Shown: in pieces, positions 61,047 to 64,000 of the stretch
Layout of the letters: every line of letters starts with the position of its first letter
How positions within the stretch are numbered: position 1 is the first letter of the stretch
Source: Rubripirellula sp.
GTDB lineage: Bacteria; Planctomycetota; Planctomycetia; Pirellulales; Pirellulaceae
Direction of reading: 5' to 3'
NCBI GenBank assembly: GCA_965216875.1
Contig: OZ244207.1
Coordinates: forward strand, 2,944,001 to 3,008,000
Length of the DNA stretch: 64,000 bases
Made by a program: the position numbers and the translations under genes
Notes under the pieces: model-generated
Database searches by the model: none
The model's input: the letters and a program-made list of their open reading frames with translations, nothing else
Told to the model about the DNA's origin: nothing

Positions 61047-61676
61047 CTACGCGTTCTCATCCTGGTCTTCTGCCAAACTCTCGGCGGCATCGGTCAAACC
61101 TCTTAGAAAATCACCGATGTCGTTGATGTGCAGCGTGTGACGAACGCTACCCGCTTCCGAGAGCACGACGAAAAACAGCCGATCGTCATACTCTTCATCT
61201 TTTACAATCGAAACCGTTGCCTCGCCGATGGATCCTATCTTGAGCTCCGTCGACTCTCCCTGCCCAATGTTGCTACGGACGAACTGCAACAATTCGGCGA
61301 TCACCTCAGGACCCTCGATTTGGAAATGCAGGTAAAGATTCGGGTGCTCAATGCTCAACTGCCATCCGTCCGAATCGCTCTCTGGTTCATCCAGCTCGAT
61401 CCAAACCACATTCACCTGCTGGCTGGTCAGTGCCGATTCAAAAAGATCTTCACTCCGTTTGCCCCATCCGCCACTCCAAATGCAATCGAGCACATCAGCG
61501 ATCTCATCGCTAAAGGGTTCATCCTGCTCCGCTCGGAAAAAGCAAAAGAGTCGATAGATTTCGTATTGCGGCAGCCCAACATCGCGAAGCGACTGAGCGA
61601 TTTCATAGAGCGCCGCGAACGGATCCGCCGCTTCTCGCGCAGCATCAATCCGTTCTTGCAAAGAGGGTTTGGGCAT
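61047..61676 (-). CDS. Acidic hypothetical protein
   Basis: 209-aa protein-like ORF, opposite orientation to neighbours. Confidence 0.65.
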   Translation of the reverse strand: MPKPSLQERIDAAREAADPFAALYEIAQSLRDVGLPQYEIYRLFCFFRAEQDEPFSDEIADVLDCIWSGGWGKRSEDLFESALTSQQVNVVWIELDEPESDSDGWQLSIEHPNLYLHFQIEGPEVIAELLQFVRSNIGQGESTELKIGSIGEATVSIVKDEEYDDRLFFVVLSEAGSVRHTLHINDIGDFLRGLTDAAESLAEDQDENA

Positions 61677-61844
61677 GGGTGTGTCGCGAACAGTTGAAAA
61701 AGCGTCGGCGATCATGAAAAGGGAAGAGCACGGCATTCGAGACCGCGATCAACGTCCACAGGATACTCTACTGGTCGCCAACCGACGACAGGTGAACCGA
61801 AACCGCCGCGTCAGATTCAAACGAAACCATTCACCGCCCCACTC

Positions 61845-62060
61845 GTGAGCCGAACGCGCTAGCGTCGGGCCCTTGTCCCGTAGCTACGCTCGCCAGAGCG
61901 TGTTGCAGTGGGCAGCGGCATGCCATCACAACCACTTTCTGGCGAAGGTAGCTACGGTATCCTTGTGAGCCGTACGCGCCAGCGTCGGGCCCCTGTCCCG
62001 TAGCTACGCTCGCCTGAGCGTGGTGCAGTGGAGAGCGGTCTACCAGCAAAACCACTTTCC
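61845..62060. repeat. Composite REP units B and C (120-bp tandem)
   Basis: Units start at 61845 and 61965; same architecture as unit A; C is 3'-truncated. Confidence 0.9.
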
Positions 62061-62107
62061 GATAGTCAACCATTTTTGTCCGACGCTAAACCGCTGAGAG
62101 ATCGTCC

Positions 62108-62923
62108 ATGCCATCGCTGATCTGCTCGTCACGATACACGGTCGACTCACAGATCCTGCGCAAGACGGCTCAAGACCTCGGCTGGGAGACGCTTCGACTC
62201 GACGGCAGCAGAATTCCCGATTGGTTCGACCCGCCTGATGACCAGATCGCGTTCTTCTACACCGCTCCACACGCTTTCGACATCGCATGGCAGCTGGGGC
62301 GCCAACTCACCGGCTGTCACCCCGATTGGACCTGCAATTTGCCGCCAGAGTTTCTGCTTCGAGAATTGCGGCAAACATCGCTGCGCGAAGCGCTCTCGAT
62401 AACCGAGCGCCAATTCGTAAAGCACGCAGTCAGCAAAGCGTTTCCTGCACAGGTCTATGATGGCGGTTCCTTGTCAGAGGCAACCACGACCATTCACCCC
62501 GATTCGCTCGTTCACGTTGGCGAGCCGGTCACTTGGACACACGAGTATCGTTGTTTCGTCGCAAATCAATCTGTGCAAACGGTCAGCCCATACGTCTACG
62601 GCAGCGGAATCGTCGCGGACTACGATTCCTTTCCAGTGGTCCCGCAATCGGAACTCGATCAAGTTCATGAATTCGCGCGACAAGTCCTCACACACCCAAA
62701 CGTTGAAACTCCTTCTGCATTCGTCATGGACGTCGGCCTTATCGCGGATCGCGGTTGGGCCGTGGTCGAGTGCAACGAGTGCTGGGCTTCAGGCATCTAT
62801 GCGTGTGACCCCGCCAGCGTGCTCGATACTTTGCTTTGTGGGTCCGCAGCGATGGGTACAATCGACGATCGTTGGGATTTTTCCAAACACTATTCGAATG
62901 CGTGTCCTGTGAAAGAGGACTAA
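62108..62923 (+). CDS. ATP-grasp domain protein (DUF4343/R2K-like)
   Basis: FVK...KAFPAQVY, EPV.W..EYRCFV, FVMDVGLI...GWAVVECNECWASGIY. Confidence 0.8.
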   Translation: MPSLICSSRYTVDSQILRKTAQDLGWETLRLDGSRIPDWFDPPDDQIAFFYTAPHAFDIAWQLGRQLTGCHPDWTCNLPPEFLLRELRQTSLREALSITERQFVKHAVSKAFPAQVYDGGSLSEATTTIHPDSLVHVGEPVTWTHEYRCFVANQSVQTVSPYVYGSGIVADYDSFPVVPQSELDQVHEFARQVLTHPNVETPSAFVMDVGLIADRGWAVVECNECWASGIYACDPASVLDTLLCGSAAMGTIDDRWDFSKHYSNACPVKED

Positions 62924-63065
62924 CAACACATTGAGCCGAGCTTCGATATAGTCGCCTTTTGCTCCGCAAAAGCTGCGTTTTCGGACGCTACTTTCGCGGA
63001 GCGAAAGGCGACATTTTCAGCATTCCCAGATTCTAGGAGTGCAGTTGAAAAGGGCACGCCAGAGA

Positions 63066-63659
63066 CTATTCGTCAAGCTGTTGGCGCAGGGTCTTCATGC
63101 CACGGTGCAGCAGACCTGCGATGGCCCCGGTTGTTTTGTCCAACCGCTCCGCAACCTCGCTGAGTTTCATCCCTTCGAGGTAATGTAAACGGACCGCCTC
63201 GCGTTGTGATTCGGGCAGACGTTCCACGGCATCGGCGAGTTTCAAAACGTTTTCACCAATCGCCACATTTTGACTCGGCGTTGGCCCTTCGCCGGCGAGC
63301 AAGCCTTCCAGACGCATCGAAGACTGGGCAAGCTTCTGTTCCATCGACTGTTCACGTCGAATGTCTCGTTTGTCGCGATGAAGGTCACGGTCGAGGTGAC
63401 AGAGATGTCGAGCCAGAATCTGTCGCAGCCATGCTCGAAACTCAGCTTCCGTGCCACCGCGAAACCCATCCAGTCCCTGGACGGCTTGCAGCATCGCTTG
63501 CTGGACCATGTCCGAGGCCCCAATCTTTGCTTGGTAGGCCTGCCGCATTTGCGTCCGAGCGAGCATTCGGAGGTAGGGCTCGTATTTGGCGACGATCGCC
63601 GGATCACTCACATCGATCGGCGGATTGTCGAGTGTCGAGTCGGTTGAATCGTCGGTCAT
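63066..63659 (-). CDS. ECF sigma-70 factor, planctomycete-type
   Basis: YLRMLAR...ASDMVQQ...FRG.TEAEFRAWLRQIL; TPSQ; LPESQREAVRLHYLEG region 4. Confidence 0.92.
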   Translation of the reverse strand: MTDDSTDSTLDNPPIDVSDPAIVAKYEPYLRMLARTQMRQAYQAKIGASDMVQQAMLQAVQGLDGFRGGTEAEFRAWLRQILARHLCHLDRDLHRDKRDIRREQSMEQKLAQSSMRLEGLLAGEGPTPSQNVAIGENVLKLADAVERLPESQREAVRLHYLEGMKLSEVAERLDKTTGAIAGLLHRGMKTLRQQLDE

Positions 63660-63903
63660 CGTGTTTATTCCCCCTCCAACCTTGAACCCAAACAGCAAAC
63701 TGAGAAGCGAATCGTTCGTTTCCAGAGCCCCTTTGATCGTACGGTTTTCGCGGCTCGACGACAAATTGACTGCGTCACAGGGACGCAGCGAAGCGACATT
63801 TTTGCGGACTTTTGAGCTGTCATTGGTCAATCTGCGTCAATTCGTTACCCTTTTGACAGGATCCGGATACGAATGTCCGGCGGAGAGATTAGGGAGGACG
63901 TCC

Positions 63904-64000
63904 ATGGTTCGCGAAGCTGTCTATCAACAATCCGATCCGGAGACATCGGCTGCTTTGGTCACACCACCAGAACCTGATAATTCGCTACGCCCCAAAACCA
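63904..64000 (+). CDS. Possible gene start (3'-truncated by window)
   Basis: GGAGG RBS then ATG; frame open to the window end (MVREAVYQQSDPET...). Confidence 0.4.
   Translation, partial: MVREAVYQQSDPETSAALVTPPEPDNSLRPKT

Noticed and set aside
60907..62060. Repeat units with variable spacers as a CRISPR array
   Set aside because: Units are composites of dispersed REP palindromes in alternating orientation, spacers resemble each other, and no cas genes are present.

Overview
Chromosomal window from a planctomycete, most likely Pirellulaceae (Rhodopirellula/Rubripirellula/Stieleria-like). This is inferred from DUF1501/DUF1553 genes, a PVC-type heme-binding CxxCH protein, a YTV-repeat protein and a planctomycete-type ECF sigma factor. 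The left ~2.4 kb looks like the decayed edge of an island integrated at tRNA-Gln, with a tyrosine-integrase remnant and an Rhs/YD fragment. The rest is mostly core or lineage-typical content: rex, an RND efflux operon with its TetR/CecR regulator, ahcY, trpF, an ExeA-like ATPase, csrA, ycaQ-like, lysS, lolC/E-lolD, a (mannosyl)glucosylglycerate compatible-solute cluster, and tRNA-Glu and tRNA-Ser. Intergenic spaces carry at least eight families of REP-like palindromes. The most notable observations are: a gene that interrupts a tandem ~120-bp composite REP array; a secreted YTV protein with 8 Cys-free and 8 Cys-rich 16-aa repeats arranged symmetrically about a central turn; a tRNA-Ser(CGA) that folds as a non-canonical 8/4 cloverleaf; and a palindromic divergent promoter at csrA flanked by GGA clusters. 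No CRISPR array, rRNA or intact transposase was seen. All family assignments come from motif recognition by eye, not database searches.
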